DNA of 64,000 nt from positions 12,958,001-13,022,000 of the forward strand of contig CATNEN010000001.1 of the NCBI GenBank assembly GCA_950097015.1, written 5' to 3'. This document shows positions 37,201-49,270 of this stretch, in pieces. Position 1 is the first letter of the stretch. Each line of letters opens with the position of its first letter. The notes beneath the pieces were generated by a model. The model had not been told where the DNA came from, did not search any database, and saw nothing but the letters and a program-made list of their open reading frames with translations. A program made the position numbers and the translations under genes. The DNA is from Macrostomum hystrix. Taxonomy: Eukaryota; Animalia; Platyhelminthes.

Positions 37201-38375
37201 GGATCTAAGAGATTCTATGAATTTAGGATCGGGATCTAAGAGATTCTATGAATTTAGGATTGGGATCTAAGAGATTCTGTGAATTTAGGATTGGGATCCA
37301 AGAGATTCTGTGAATTTAGGATTGGGATCTAAGAGATTCTATGAATTAAGCATTGGGATCTAAGAGATTCTATGAATTTAGGATTGGGATCTAAGAGATT
37401 CTGTGAATTTAGGATTGGGATCTAAGAGATTCTGTGAATTTAGGATTGGGATCTAAGAGATTTTGTGAATTTAGGATTGGGATATAAGAGATTCTATGAA
37501 TTTAGGATTGGGATCTAAGAGATTCTATGAATTTAGGATTGGGATATAAGAGATTCTATGAATTTAGCATTGGGATCTAAGAGATTCTATGAATTTAGGA
37601 TTGGGATATAAGAGATTCTATGAATTTAGGATTGGGATCTAAGAGATTCTGTGAATTTAGGATTGGGATCTAAGAGATTCTATGAATTTAGCATTGGGAT
37701 CTAAGAGATTCTATGAATTTAGGATTGGGATATAAGAGATTCTATGAATTTAGGATTGGGATCTAAGAGATTCTGTGAATTTAGGATTGGGATCTAAGAG
37801 ATTCTATGAATTTAGGATCGGGATCTAAGAGATTCTATGAATTTAGGATTGGGATCTAAGAGATTCTGTGAATTTAGGATTGGGATCTAAGAGATTCTGT
37901 GAATTTAGGATTGGGATCTAAGAGATTCTATGAATTAAGCATTGGGATCTAAGAGATTCTATGAATTTAGGATTGGGATCTAAGAGATTCTGTGAATTTA
38001 GGATTGGGATCTAAGAGATTCTGTGAATTTAGGATTGGGATCTAAGAGATTTTGTGAATTTAGGATTGGGATCTAAGAGATTCTGTGAATTTAGGATTGG
38101 GATCTAAGAGATTCTGTGAATTTAGGATTGGGATCTGTTATGCTCAGTTCTGTTATGCCACAAACACAATTTAGCTAATCATTTTGCCTAGGTAATCCCT
38201 TATCTCAATTCCATTATGATCCCATCTAATTTGAATTTATTAGGTGAATAAAGCAGGATTTGCCTGATATGTCTCAGCGGGCCATTTACATATCAGGATA
38301 AACTACTTGTGATCACTATTAAACACAGATACCAATGCGACACTCACAGACAAAAATGACACAAGTAATACTCAC
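34291..38375. repeat. Duplicated module, copy B, expanded by a 31-bp satellite
   Basis: Same block order as copy A, with the 31-bp array inserted into the 42-bp satellite. Confidence 0.9.
35866..38136. repeat. 31-bp satellite (ATGAATTTAGGATTGGGATCTAAGAGATTCT)n, about 70 copies
   Basis: Period of 31 read directly (35941, 35972, ...). Confidence 0.97.
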
Positions 38376-38397
38376 TTCAATGACGCCTGGAAATCGC

Positions 38398-41300
38398 CTA
38401 ATCTCCAGTGAGCACTTCTGGATACACCACGTTCCTGGTCTTGGTTCCGGAAACCCGGACGCGGACATTGGCCGCGTTCTTCGCTCGTGACAGCGCCGTG
38501 TACAGCTGACCATGAGTGAAGCAACCGACAGCCAGGTCAACGCCAACGGTCTCCAGAGACTGGCCTTGTGCTTTGTGTATTGTAAGGCAGAAGCTCGACT
38601 TCACAGGAAACTGCAGCCGCTTGAAACTCACTGGTAGATCCGCATTGTTTGGAATCAGCGGAATTCGCGGCAGCAGGATCTCGTCTCCAGTGAACTGACC
38701 GGCGGCAATCTTGCAGCGCAGCACATTATCGCCCATCGTGAGAACGATGAGCCGTGTACCGTTGCACAGCCGCGGCGGGTTGATGTTCCGAAGAAGCACC
38801 AGCGGCATGCCCACCTTGATCCTGAGCAGATAAGTTGGAAAATTCGGGGCATCCAGCTGGTTTAGCAACTCCGTCGGGAAATGCGTAGCGGCCTCCTCAT
38901 CAGCCAGGCTGTCTACAGAGCGATACTCTCGCAGGCAACCCGGGAAAATGCCCAGACACGTCTCGTTGATGGCATCAACAGAGTCGTTGTACGGCGCCAG
39001 TATCGCTCGACTTGCAAAATAGTCGTCCCGCTCCGCTGATTCTTCAAACGACGGGTACACGAACTTGATCAGGTCATTCAGCGGAGCCTCTGCAGAAATC
39101 ACCATCTCAGCGGGAAGGGACACCTTCTCCTCAGCATCCTGCTCGATTGTCCCGGTTCCGATCTGTGAAAAGAAAAGCAATAAAAACATGAAACATAATA
39201 TTCGCAATGATTCGCGAGATTCGAATGATTTTACACCCCATTCTCACCTGCATGAGTAGCTCCGTGAACTTCTGGTACATCGCTGGCTCGGAGCTGCACA
39301 GCAGACGAATGTTTCTCGTCAAGCGATGTCGCTTGAAAAGTTTCCACAGCGAAGATCTGCAGACACACGCCATGACGCTGTTGGCGCGGGTTCCATTCAC
39401 TACGACAGGCAGGAGCTGGCGGAAGTCACCGGAACACACCAGAGTGACTCCTCCAAATGGCTTGTCCTGCTTCCGAACGTCTCGCAGACACCTGTCCACG
39501 GATTCCAGATCCTTTCGATTGGTCATGGAGATCTCGTCCCAGACAATCAGCCGAACTCTACGAAACACTTCCGCTTGCTTGGACTGCGCGCCAACAGCGC
39601 AGACATCCTTGTTGGATCGGAGCAGCCGGACTGGGATCTTGAACCTAGAGTGAAGTTGTCATAGGTAGAATCGATTAGAAACGCGACTCTATAAAATTCA
39701 GAAGCATTCCCCTAATCTAAAAAACTTACGTGGAATGCGCAGTCTGTCCGCCTGGCAGCAGATTCGCTGCGATTCCAGACGCCGCAACTGCCAGGGCGAG
39801 TTCACCGCGGCTGCGCACAAAGGCCAGCAAAACCTCCAGCAGGAAGGTCTTGCCAGTGCCAGCGGGCGCGTCCAGGAAGTGCAAACCGCCCGAGCCGGCC
39901 ACAAGATCCGCAGTCACCGACTCGTACACCGCAATCTGCTCCTCCGTCAGCATTGACAGTCTCGCTTCCCGGATCTCGGCCTGTTCAACCGGGTCGAACT
40001 GCATCGGTCCGACTTGAGGCGGCACGGAGGCCGCAGGCAAGCCGTACTCGGGCAGGCTGTGACCGCCCATGGAGGTCAGCATGCTCTGCAGCTCGCGCAG
40101 CGCCAGGTCGGTGATTTCCTCAGCGCTCAGATCTCGGTGGTGAAACCGCAGGTCCTCGCACAGATCCTCGGCGAATGTGCACCACAGATCGATGCCATCC
40201 TCAGGGTTGCCCCAAATCAGAATGACAGCCAGCAGGTGCCTGAGAGCTCTCGGCATTCGCGACTTGACTGCCTCGGCTAGGCAGCGCCGCCAGTGGTCGT
40301 CTCGTTGCAGCAGACCCAGGGCCGTGCAAGCAGCCTTGGCGCTGGGACACAGCACTCCGTCCACAGTGTGCAGCGCCTCGAAGCTGGTTGGCCCTCTAAC
40401 CTGCAGGAGGAGCATTCGCATATAAAACAGATCCCCTGCTCTCGGACTCACCGTGTACATTCGGGCAATGTTCGTGTTGTGCACAACACCAGGGTGGCCC
40501 TCAACTCTCGAACCCTTCTTGGCGCGGCGCCACTCCCTCTCGCTGTGGTGCCACACGAAGTAGGACGGCACCTCGGTGTACACCAGGCCTCTAGCGAATT
40601 CATCAGTGCGGCACAGCTTGAAGAAAGCCGTCAGCGTCGAATCTCTGGGCGCCCTGGCCTTTGTGCTCGCATTTTGCTCGTTGAAATACACGAGCTGCTC
40701 GTTAGACTTGTGCACGCACAATCGGATCACAGCCGGAAATCTGTTGTGCACCTGTTGTGTTTTAGTTTAAAAACCAAATTATTATTTTCCCATTCTTTGC
40801 TCCTAGCACTGCCTTGCAAACATCTATGACTTACTTCAAAGCCCAAGATGGTATTCACGGCTTCCATTGGGCCTATGTAGCGCGCCAGCAGATACTCCTT
40901 GATCTCATTTCGCCCCTCCTTCTTGGCTTGAGTCGGAGCCTTGCTAGCTGAACCTTCCTGTCGTTCGCCATCCGCAGCCTGCTCTCCTGGCCCGCTCGGC
41001 TTCTTGTTTGCCTCGAACTTGAACGACGCCATGTCGCCGCCTTTTAGCAAGTACTTGATCACGTACTTGACCGACTTGACGGTGGCACAAACTTCAAAGT
41101 TCATGTGGCATTCGAAAAGGAGCAGCAGGCCCGGGTTGTATGGTACAACCCACCTGTATTTGTGCCAGGAAAAGAATTGCTAATTAATGATTTATGTATT
41201 CTAGCAATGGTAAATTAAACTTACAGTAAATAAACAATTTAGCAATATAAATAAACTAAACACAAGGCTAAACTAAGTACTTTGCTTTCGTATTAAAGAA

Positions 41301-44300
41301 TCAACCTTTCAATCAAGTCTGAAAAAACACCAACACCTCCTCACTCACCTGTTGTCCATGCGAATGCTGCGGCCTTTGAATAGTTTGTCCACCGTGAATC
41401 CGCCCATCTCAGGGGACAGCCTGCGATACAATGGGTAGCCAGTATCGCTGGTTAGAGTCGCCTGCTGGAACTCCTTCGGGAAGCCCTTGCTGCACTGGCC
41501 GTCCACCATGCACGGGCAGGCTGGATTTACCACGCCGCAGGGGCCATGGATCATGTGAGTCTTCACCAGCTCGTGCAGCCTCGGCTGCTGCTGTGGGTCC
41601 GGGATCTCAGCGGACACGATTTTGTCGTAGCGGTCCGGAGTCACTCTCTGTCCACTGACCAGCCAGAGCAGAAAGTGCACATGGGGGAGACCTGTGGAAG
41701 ACATAAATAAATAAGTGATTCAAAGCAACGTATGATTGCGAAATCCCTTGCATAAAAATATGGATAGCTAAACCTGGAATGTATAGCAATGCAATCCTTG
41801 AACTCAAAAGTCTGTAATTACAGAAAGAAAATTGAAACCGCAAATCGCTCACTTACCGCGCTTCTGATACTCCAGAGAGCAAACATGTGCGGCCTCCTTT
41901 CCAAAGCGCTTCCTCAGCTCGGCAAGCAGAGCCTTCTTCTTCAGCTCGAAAACGCGCGTGACAATATCCGGCCGGTCCTCAGGTCGCTGTCCAGGTAGCA
42001 GCTGTGCGCTGATTTCCGTCCACTTAGGGTTGCACGTCGCCGTGACAAACAGGTCCGGCTTGCCAAACTTTTGTACGTAGGTCATGGCGTCTTGCAGTCT
42101 CTCCATCAGGTACCTTGGCCCGCCAACGAAGCTGGAGGACAGGAATACGTGCGCAGGCTTGCCAATATCAGTCGGATTTGTGTCGGTCGACCTGCCATCA
42201 GCAGCGAATAGAGCGTCTCGCAGACCGCTGTACGTCTCACTGCGCAGGTCGCTCTGATGGGTCCGCAGATAGAGCAGCCTCTCTGACTCAATCTTGGCGC
42301 ACATATCCACCAGGTACTGCTGGAACAGCCTCCGTCCGTAGTGCAGCAAGCTGCTCTGGCCAGCTCGCACCATGATTTCGCTGGCATAGTACTTCATCGG
42401 CGTCAGCTTGCGGCCATTGCTCATGCGCAGCTCAGGGTGCCAGCCGTCCTCGCCATGGGGGAACAGCAACACGTACTCCAGTGCATCATACGATCGGTGC
42501 GTTTTGCTAATCCTCTTGTAGCCGCCACCCCGCAGTTGAATGACAACATCTCGGCTAGTTGCTGGCTCATCACCGTCTTCAGGGGCCTCAGTATCCTCAG
42601 TGTCCTTAACAATGAGGATGCCGACCTCGTTTGCCGTGGGCAAATTGTAGCGCCTGATTTTGAACGGTAGTAACAAATGCTTTTAACAAAACTCTTTACA
42701 ACGGTAAACATTTCTGTGTACACAGGCACAAAGCTTTAAAAGACAGGTTTTAAAATGTGTTCGAATCCCTTTTCAGTTATTGTTAGCTCACCGAATGTGT
42801 TCCCCAGAAGGCCTCCGGTCCGGGTGAATCACGATTCGCGCATCCACAAGCTCCGGATCCTCCATGATCCGCTGTGCTGCAGCCTTCAGGCTCCGAACGT
42901 AAAGGTTGCACTCGTGAAGCAACGTCTGTAGCAGCTCATGTAGCTCTGGCTTCACCCTATCGCTCAGACTCTGCTGGCTTTCGAGTTCGCGGTCAGTGAA
43001 GTACACCTGCCAGCCGCGAGGAACAGCAGACGCTTCAGCAAACAGCGGCATAGCAGTGTGGTGCAGCTGACCGCTGATGATGTAGCTGGGATTCCAGCCT
43101 GGCACCAACCGCGGCTTGGCACTCAGCGAGGTCAGGTGCAGCACAGAGTTGTAGCTCCGGATGTTGGTCAGGAACTCTGAGCTCATGCCATGCCGGCCCA
43201 TGTACAGGTCAGCCAGCAGCTGTGGCACAGTCCGGGTGGGCAGCTTCACCTTGCCGCCAGCACAGCAGAAATTGCCCGTCTCCATGCGGAACAGCTTGGC
43301 ACCGCAATGGTTGCATGCCCAGTCCATTGGCCCGCAGTCATGGGCTGGGGCTTCTGGCCTCGCCATCGTCTCAGGTCTGATAAAAAATGGAATGTATCTC
43401 TTAGTAACTGTTAAATGTAAATGTAACTGTTAATTGTGTGTCAGTTTACCTTGCAGTACCGGGTCCGTCTTCAGCGCGGCCCGCAGTCTCATGTTCCGCC
43501 GGCATCGCGCTGGGGCCCTTGGCCTTTTTGGTCTTCTTGGCAGGAGTTCTGCTTGCTGCCAGGCTTGGGAACTCAGCATCTGTAAAGGCTTGCAAAGGCT
43601 CTCGAAGTCTCAGTGACTCGTAATGTTCATGGCGCAAAAGCACACGCACAATGGCATTAGGAGGGCGCAAATTAGCCCTGAAATATTGCATCACACTACC
43701 ATTGGCCTGGTAAATGACCAGGTCCACATTAAAGCAGCGGCTCAACAAAGAGGCAACTTCATCTGAAACATAAATTCCTGCTTGAAAAGAGGAATTCACG
43801 ATCTCATCAGCACTTTCAGGTGCAATAAGGCCATCTGCAACCAGCTGTGGCATGAGTTCTGCAACACGGCAAGACAAGTCCTGCCGCAGGGAGGCTGCGT
43901 CAGTTTCCAGCGGGGTTCCACGCAGCTGATCACACACAGCATAAAAAAAGCAATTGCCATCACCAACAATGGGGATTACCTGCAACTGCTCAAAGGGTAC
44001 AATAGATTCTGTACCTTGCTGCTGGGTGTCCGACCTAAGGGGCAATGGGTGAACGTAAGCATTCATCTCTTGGAGTCTGAACGTTGGCTTTTTAAGACAA
44101 TTCATTTCTCAAAAATCGTTGTTCGCTTAATTTATACAGAATAAAATGGATACTACAAATTATCCCCTTCAAGGCAATTCCGAAAAAAAGAAAAATAAAG
44201 ACTTGTTATAAAACGGCCATAAAACTCACCTAGAAACCACAGCTCCACGGCGACGAATGCGATCGGCTTCCAATCGGGCAGCCTGCTCTGCCTCAGTCTC

Positions 44301-44570
44301 AGCATGTCTGCGCTGAGCATTCCGCTGCCGCTGTTCTTCCAATCGGGCAGCCTGCTCTGCCTCAGTCTCAGCATGTCTGCGCTGAGCATCCCGCTGCCGC
44401 TGTTCTTCCAGTCGGGCAGCCCACTCTGTCTCAGTCTCAGCATGTCTGCGCTGAGCATTCCGCTGCCGCTGTTCTTCCAGTCGGGCAGCCCGCTCTGCCT
44501 CGGATTCTGCCTGTCGCCGTCGCTTGGCATCGCGGCTCTTCTTTAAACTGCTGGCGCCGCGTCGAACCAT
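38398..44570 (-). CDS. Helitron RepHel transposase, 9 exons, about 1731 aa: STPR-like repeats, OTU, Cys-rich region, HUH Rep, Pif1 helicase
   Basis: Exons 44570-44230, 44076-43450, 43376-42792, 42653-41857, 41691-41349, 41153-40835, 40751-39730, 39644-39248 and 39162-38398; all GT-AG and phase-compatible (5196 nt). Motifs GDGNCFF/HEHY, CNHC...CC, FVTATCNP, EYQKRGLPHVH, KYVIKY, APAGTGKT, WDEISM, GDFRQL, LCNGTRL, TIHKAQGQS, HGQLYTALSR. Confidence 0.93.
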
Positions 44571-44969
44571 GATTGAGAAATGAGAAGCAAAATGAAATAG
44601 TTGAGAAAGAATGATAGGGTTTGAAAGATGAAACTTTGTGAATTCGGATGTCTGAAGAATCAGATAAGGCGCCCTTATAGCCAAACTAATTTGCAGGCTT
44701 TTTATCATCCAGTGGGCTGAATCGGAGCTTATCTTAAGACGCAGGGTAAAAACTGAAAAATCAATAAAGAAAACAGGGGTCTAAATCTAAAAAACCTATG
44801 ATTTGGGGTGTGGGCTCCCCAGGCCCGTGCGTCCACATTCCGGGGCAGAGGGCTCACAATGTACACTGGTCTGCGCCAGCCAGAGAGAAAAGCTGTGATG
44901 TAATCTATTTATAAATTCGCACTGACTGTCTCGCCAGTGGGGTTGACACAGTTATGTACATTTGACACA

Positions 44970-45109
44970 CTGATTCAAACTCGGGTTTTGCCATGATTAA
45001 GACTCGGGTTTTGCCATGATTAAGACTCGGTTTTTGCCATAATTAAGACTCGGGCTTTGCCATGATTCAAACGATGGTTTAGCCATGATGGTTTATTTAT
45101 GATTCAAAC
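44970..45109. repeat. 23-bp satellite (ATGATTCAAACTCTGGTTTAGCC-like), left of the hAT insertion
   Basis: The array continues at 48780-49120 on the other side of the hAT. Confidence 0.85.
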
Positions 45110-45672
45110 CAGTGTTCCCACTACCTGCGGAAATTCCGCAATGCGGAATTTCTGGCTCGCCTGTGGAAAATCAAGAGGAATTTTGCAATCTGCGGAAATT
45201 TGGTTGCTCCGATTTTGCTCTGATATTTGAATATATGAGGAATTGAGGACACACTTTAGTTTTATACAATCTATATACTAAATATCTTATATATATATAT
45301 ATTTGTCAATATCTAGTATTTTCTATTTGTTGGAATTCTCCTTAATTATTTGTACACATTATACTACTGTTTAAAAGTTCATTTCTTTATTGATTGTAGT
45401 TCTTAGTTTAGTCTATGTTCCACCGCCACCCTCTTACTAGGAAACTTAGTTTTTCGCATAGAGCTAGAATGGAAATTGGAACCTAATGAGTCTGGAAGCG
45501 AGTTTAATGAGTCAATACCAATAGTTAATTAAATAGATCAGGTTGGCTAGAAAGACTTTACAAAGTAGCTCAACTTATTTTTCAGCTTTGCTGCCTTTGC
45601 GACTTGCGTTTAACTCAATAAGACAATAACTGAAAAAATATTCTGAGAATACGCTCGTACCCTCGTAGTGAG

Positions 45673-48084
45673 ATGTCTCTAAGCAAGCCTCGTGCAACAG
45701 CATTTCGACATGAGTGGTTACAGCGATCCATTGATGGACGAGTCCTTAGCGAGTGGCTTCAGCCTGATCGAAGTGACGAACTGCTTGGCTTCTGCACCGT
45801 GTGCAAAAAATCATTTCACCTCGGCACTAGTGGGTTCGGCGCAGTTACAGCCCACGCCCAAGGCAAGAAGCACAAGAGTCGATTGCCAGTCATGAATGAG
45901 ACTGGGATAGCACACTTTTTTCCTACTCAAGGCAGCAAGCCATCTTTCACTGCCATGAAGAAGGCTGACGCAGAAGTGCTAATGGCAGAGCTGCGACTTG
46001 GAATCCATTTTATTGAGCACAATATTGCGTACAATACAGCCGACCACTCGGGTGTGTACCCAGCTATGTTTCATGATAGCAAAATTGCTCAAGACATGAA
46101 GTGCCATCGCACAAAACTGTGCTATCTTGTTAATCACGCTCTTGCACCAGTGATGCGTGATGAGATGATTCAAGACTTAAACTCTGGCTGCGGACTGTTT
46201 TCCCTTTCTATTGACGAGTCATCTGATGGGGCACGAAAGCACATGGCAGTTGTAATATCATTTGTGTCGTCGAAGAAGGGAAGGCTGTGTACAACTGCCT
46301 TGAAAACAGTTGAAGTTTCTGACTGCTCAGCCGCTGCTCTGAAAGAGGAAGTTTTGAAGATTCTCGATGAATTCAACATTCCGATTAGGAACTGTGTTAG
46401 CATATCAACAGATGGACCAGCAGTTATGGTTGGAAAGTTTAACGGCTTCCAAAAAATAATGCATGACTTTGCATCTCATCTTGTTTCCATTGGACCATGC
46501 AGTTTGCATATTGTCTCCAATGCGGTTCGACGTGCATGTGAAGCCTTTGATGGAAATGTAGAGGACTTCGCTGATGAAGTGTTCTCCTACTTTCAGACCT
46601 CGAAAAGGTGGACGCGTTATAACAAAGTTCAGTCACTGCTTCAAGTGGCCCAGCATCGCATGTTGCGGCGCGTTGAAACAAGATGGGTGCAGCTTTTGCC
46701 TGTTGTTAATAGGCTTATTGAGCAATATGATTCTCTGGAAGAATTCTTTGTGAAGAATCCATCTCTGATTGAGCAAAAGACCAAAAAGACCAAAGAAATT
46801 GCTGAGCACCTAAAGTCGACGCATACACTGCTTAATCTGCAATTTCTGGCTGCTGTCTTGCCGCATCTAGACCAATTCGAGAAGGCATTTCAGACAGAGG
46901 AGCCGTGTGTCCATCTTTTGCATGGAGAAGTCCGCAATTTGTTTAGGCAGACTTTGTCATTCTTTTTAAATCCAGCGCACATTCAGGAGAACAATCGACA
47001 TTTGAGAAATTTGTCGTTGGAAGGCAAATACTTCCTCTCTAATGAAGCCATCTTTATCGGCGAAGCAGCTAAAGAGACATTAAAAAAAGGCTTGTCGGAC
47101 ACTCAACAGAAGCTCTTTTTCCTACGTGTTCGCACCTTCTATCGTGAACTTGCATTGTACTTGCAAGAACATTTGCCTCTGTCGAATCCTGTCTTACGCT
47201 CGCTACAATTTCTGGATCCGCAATATCCTATGAAAGTCGGTCTCGCAGCAGCTACTACATCGCTTGCTGCATGTAACCTAGCCAAACAAATGGAATATAC
47301 ACCTGATTCCGTATCAAAAATTGATTCCGAATGGCGATGCTTCCTCGTTGACCAACAGGTAGTGGCTTTGGCTAAGGACAATGATGTGGTTACATTTTGG
47401 CTTCGCGTGTCAGCCCTAGAGCTTGGTGGTCAAAAAAAGTACGGCACACTAACCCGACTAGCTTTGGGTGCTCTGACCATTCAGCCAGGCAACGCTGCAG
47501 TAGAGCGAGTCTTTAGCGAGTTATCGGACTTGTTAACGAAAAAACGCAACAAGCTTGGTGAATTGTCTATTGATGCCTGCCTTTTTGTTCGACACTACAT
47601 CCGCCAATCTGGGCTAGTTGGTGAGGAGCCTACAACCTGCGAAAACTTTCCATTGACAGACGTCTACGTTCAGTCTGCTGGGAAGGCTCGTTCAGTGTAC
47701 ATGGAATTCCTTCAACAGCAAAGAGATGCTGATAAGGCCAAGAAAGATGCACGGATTGCCGCTAAACAGTTGGAAGAGCAGCTTGCTGCTGAGATTGAAG
47801 TAAACAAGAAGAAGATGGAATTGGAGGCGGCTGAAAAAAAGTTGGCTGCAGAGCGTGAAATAATTGAAGCTGAGAAGCGAGCTGCTTCGGCTATGCTGCT
47901 CGAGTATCAGAAAAAAATGAGGACTTTAGAAGAGCGAGAGGCCAAAGCTCTACATGATGACGCCAAGCTGCTGAAGCGAAAGTTGAAGACTCAAGACGAG
48001 CTGGCTGCAGAAGCACTGAAAAAGGCCGCCAAGATGATATGCAAATCACTAGAAAACAGAACAATGGGGCGTACTAGTAACTAA
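45673..48084 (+). CDS. hAT-family transposase, 803 aa, uninterrupted
   Basis: N-terminal CTVC...H...H zinc finger; SIDESSD, STDGPAVM, CSLH, TRW and VERVFS motifs; charged coiled-coil-like C-terminus. Confidence 0.92.
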   Translation: MSLSKPRATAFRHEWLQRSIDGRVLSEWLQPDRSDELLGFCTVCKKSFHLGTSGFGAVTAHAQGKKHKSRLPVMNETGIAHFFPTQGSKPSFTAMKKADAEVLMAELRLGIHFIEHNIAYNTADHSGVYPAMFHDSKIAQDMKCHRTKLCYLVNHALAPVMRDEMIQDLNSGCGLFSLSIDESSDGARKHMAVVISFVSSKKGRLCTTALKTVEVSDCSAAALKEEVLKILDEFNIPIRNCVSISTDGPAVMVGKFNGFQKIMHDFASHLVSIGPCSLHIVSNAVRRACEAFDGNVEDFADEVFSYFQTSKRWTRYNKVQSLLQVAQHRMLRRVETRWVQLLPVVNRLIEQYDSLEEFFVKNPSLIEQKTKKTKEIAEHLKSTHTLLNLQFLAAVLPHLDQFEKAFQTEEPCVHLLHGEVRNLFRQTLSFFLNPAHIQENNRHLRNLSLEGKYFLSNEAIFIGEAAKETLKKGLSDTQQKLFFLRVRTFYRELALYLQEHLPLSNPVLRSLQFLDPQYPMKVGLAAATTSLAACNLAKQMEYTPDSVSKIDSEWRCFLVDQQVVALAKDNDVVTFWLRVSALELGGQKKYGTLTRLALGALTIQPGNAAVERVFSELSDLLTKKRNKLGELSIDACLFVRHYIRQSGLVGEEPTTCENFPLTDVYVQSAGKARSVYMEFLQQQRDADKAKKDARIAAKQLEEQLAAEIEVNKKKMELEAAEKKLAAEREIIEAEKRAASAMLLEYQKKMRTLEEREAKALHDDAKLLKRKLKTQDELAAEALKKAAKMICKSLENRTMGRTSN

Positions 48085-48108
48085 TAAGACAATGTCACGC
48101 GTCTTGAC

Positions 48109-48317
48109 TAGAGGTAGGATTGGATCCCGATCACAAAAGCCTGGGATCCTGGCCAAACTCATGATCATGATTCTGAAATTATTTTGAGATCCCATCCAAC
48201 CATCTTATATATTCATATCTTTAAATGCTGAAACCTGAAATTCAATCATGAATTGCAATCCCGATTCCCGAAATTAGGAATCCCAATCCCAAAAATCTTC
48301 ATCCTGTCCAATCTCTA
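48109..48317. mobile_element. 209-bp hAT-type MITE nested in the 3' region of the hAT
   Basis: Imperfect TIRs TAGAGGTAGGA / TCCAATCTCTA; TSD GTCTTGAC / GTCTTGGC (7/8 match); internal ATCCC repeats. Confidence 0.7.
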
Positions 48318-48779
48318 GTCTTGGCAGCAGTCTAATTAATAAGCAAAGTATTGTATCTCTAGTAGTTAACTTTACTTAATTAGTTTTACTTTTATTAACA
48401 GTTGAATAGAACCTAAAGAATGTTTAATGCTTGTAGTTGTAACTAAATAGCAGTTGTGCCTGTGTGTCACGTGACACGTCAAATCTTTTCCGTAAAGTGC
48501 AAACATTGAGCCAGCCATTGTTTTTTCGTTAAAGTAGAATAAAAAGAACTTTTTGCCATCCACAGCCAATGTGATGGGTTGACAACTTGATTGTAAACTG
48601 GAAGTCTAGAATACATTGACTTAGACTTGCTTACTTATTTTGAGTTTAAAAAAATGCTTGTTCAAAAGTTTTTTTCCATAGTTTTGTTGAAAATCTTATC
48701 ATATTTAATAGGTTAAGCTATCTGCGGAATTTTCTTTAGGCTGCGGAGGAAAAATGGGTAGATTGGAGTGGGAACACTG

Positions 48780-49120
48780 ATTCAAACTCTATGATTCAGA
48801 CTCTGGTTTAGCCATGATTCAGACGCTGTTTTAGCCATGATTCAAAGTCTGGTTTAAGCATGATTCAAACTCTTGTTTAGCCATGATTCAAACGATGGCT
48901 TAGCCATGATTCAAACGATGGTTTAGCCATGATTTTAAACGATGGTTTAGCCATGATTCAAACTCTGGTTTAGCCATGATTCAAACGATGGTTTAGCCAT
49001 GATTGAAACTCTGGTTTAGCCATGATTCAAACTCTGGTTTAGCCATGATTTAAACGCTGGTTTAGCCATGATTTAAACGCTGGTTTAGCCATGATTCAAA
49101 CTCAGATTTGCTATGATTTA
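48780..49120. repeat. 23-bp satellite, right of the hAT insertion
   Basis: Repeated ATGATTCAAACTCTGGTTTAGCC. Confidence 0.95.
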
Positions 49121-49200
49121 TGATATTTTATTTACAAAATGAAAAAATAAATTAAAATAATCTTCAATCACTACTGGCTGAAAATTAGTCTAAATGATTT

Positions 49201-49270
49201 GACGCAGTGCAGAATCGAACCCTAGCCTAGCCTAACCTATTCCTAGTGCCTACACATCGGCTATTCCGAC
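49201..49270 (-). other. tRNA/SINE-head-like sequence in the Helitron 5' subterminal region (also at about 53730-53800 and, diverged, 23450-23525)
   Basis: GTCGGAATAGCCGATGTG (A-box-like) and GGTTCGATTC (B-box-like), with a TATA-like element about 30 bp upstream. No clear cloverleaf. Confidence 0.4.

Larger units (their letters stand above)
45110..48779 (+). mobile_element. Full-length hAT transposon, 3670 bp, nested in the Helitron
   Basis: 13-bp perfect TIRs CAGTGTTCCCACT / AGTGGGAACACTG; perfect 8-bp TSD ATTCAAAC (45102-09 and 48780-87); subterminal TGCGGA repeats. Confidence 0.95.

Noticed and set aside
35866-38136. CRISPR-like array (31-bp period)
   Set aside because: Contiguous tandem units with no unique spacers, no cas genes, and a eukaryotic context.
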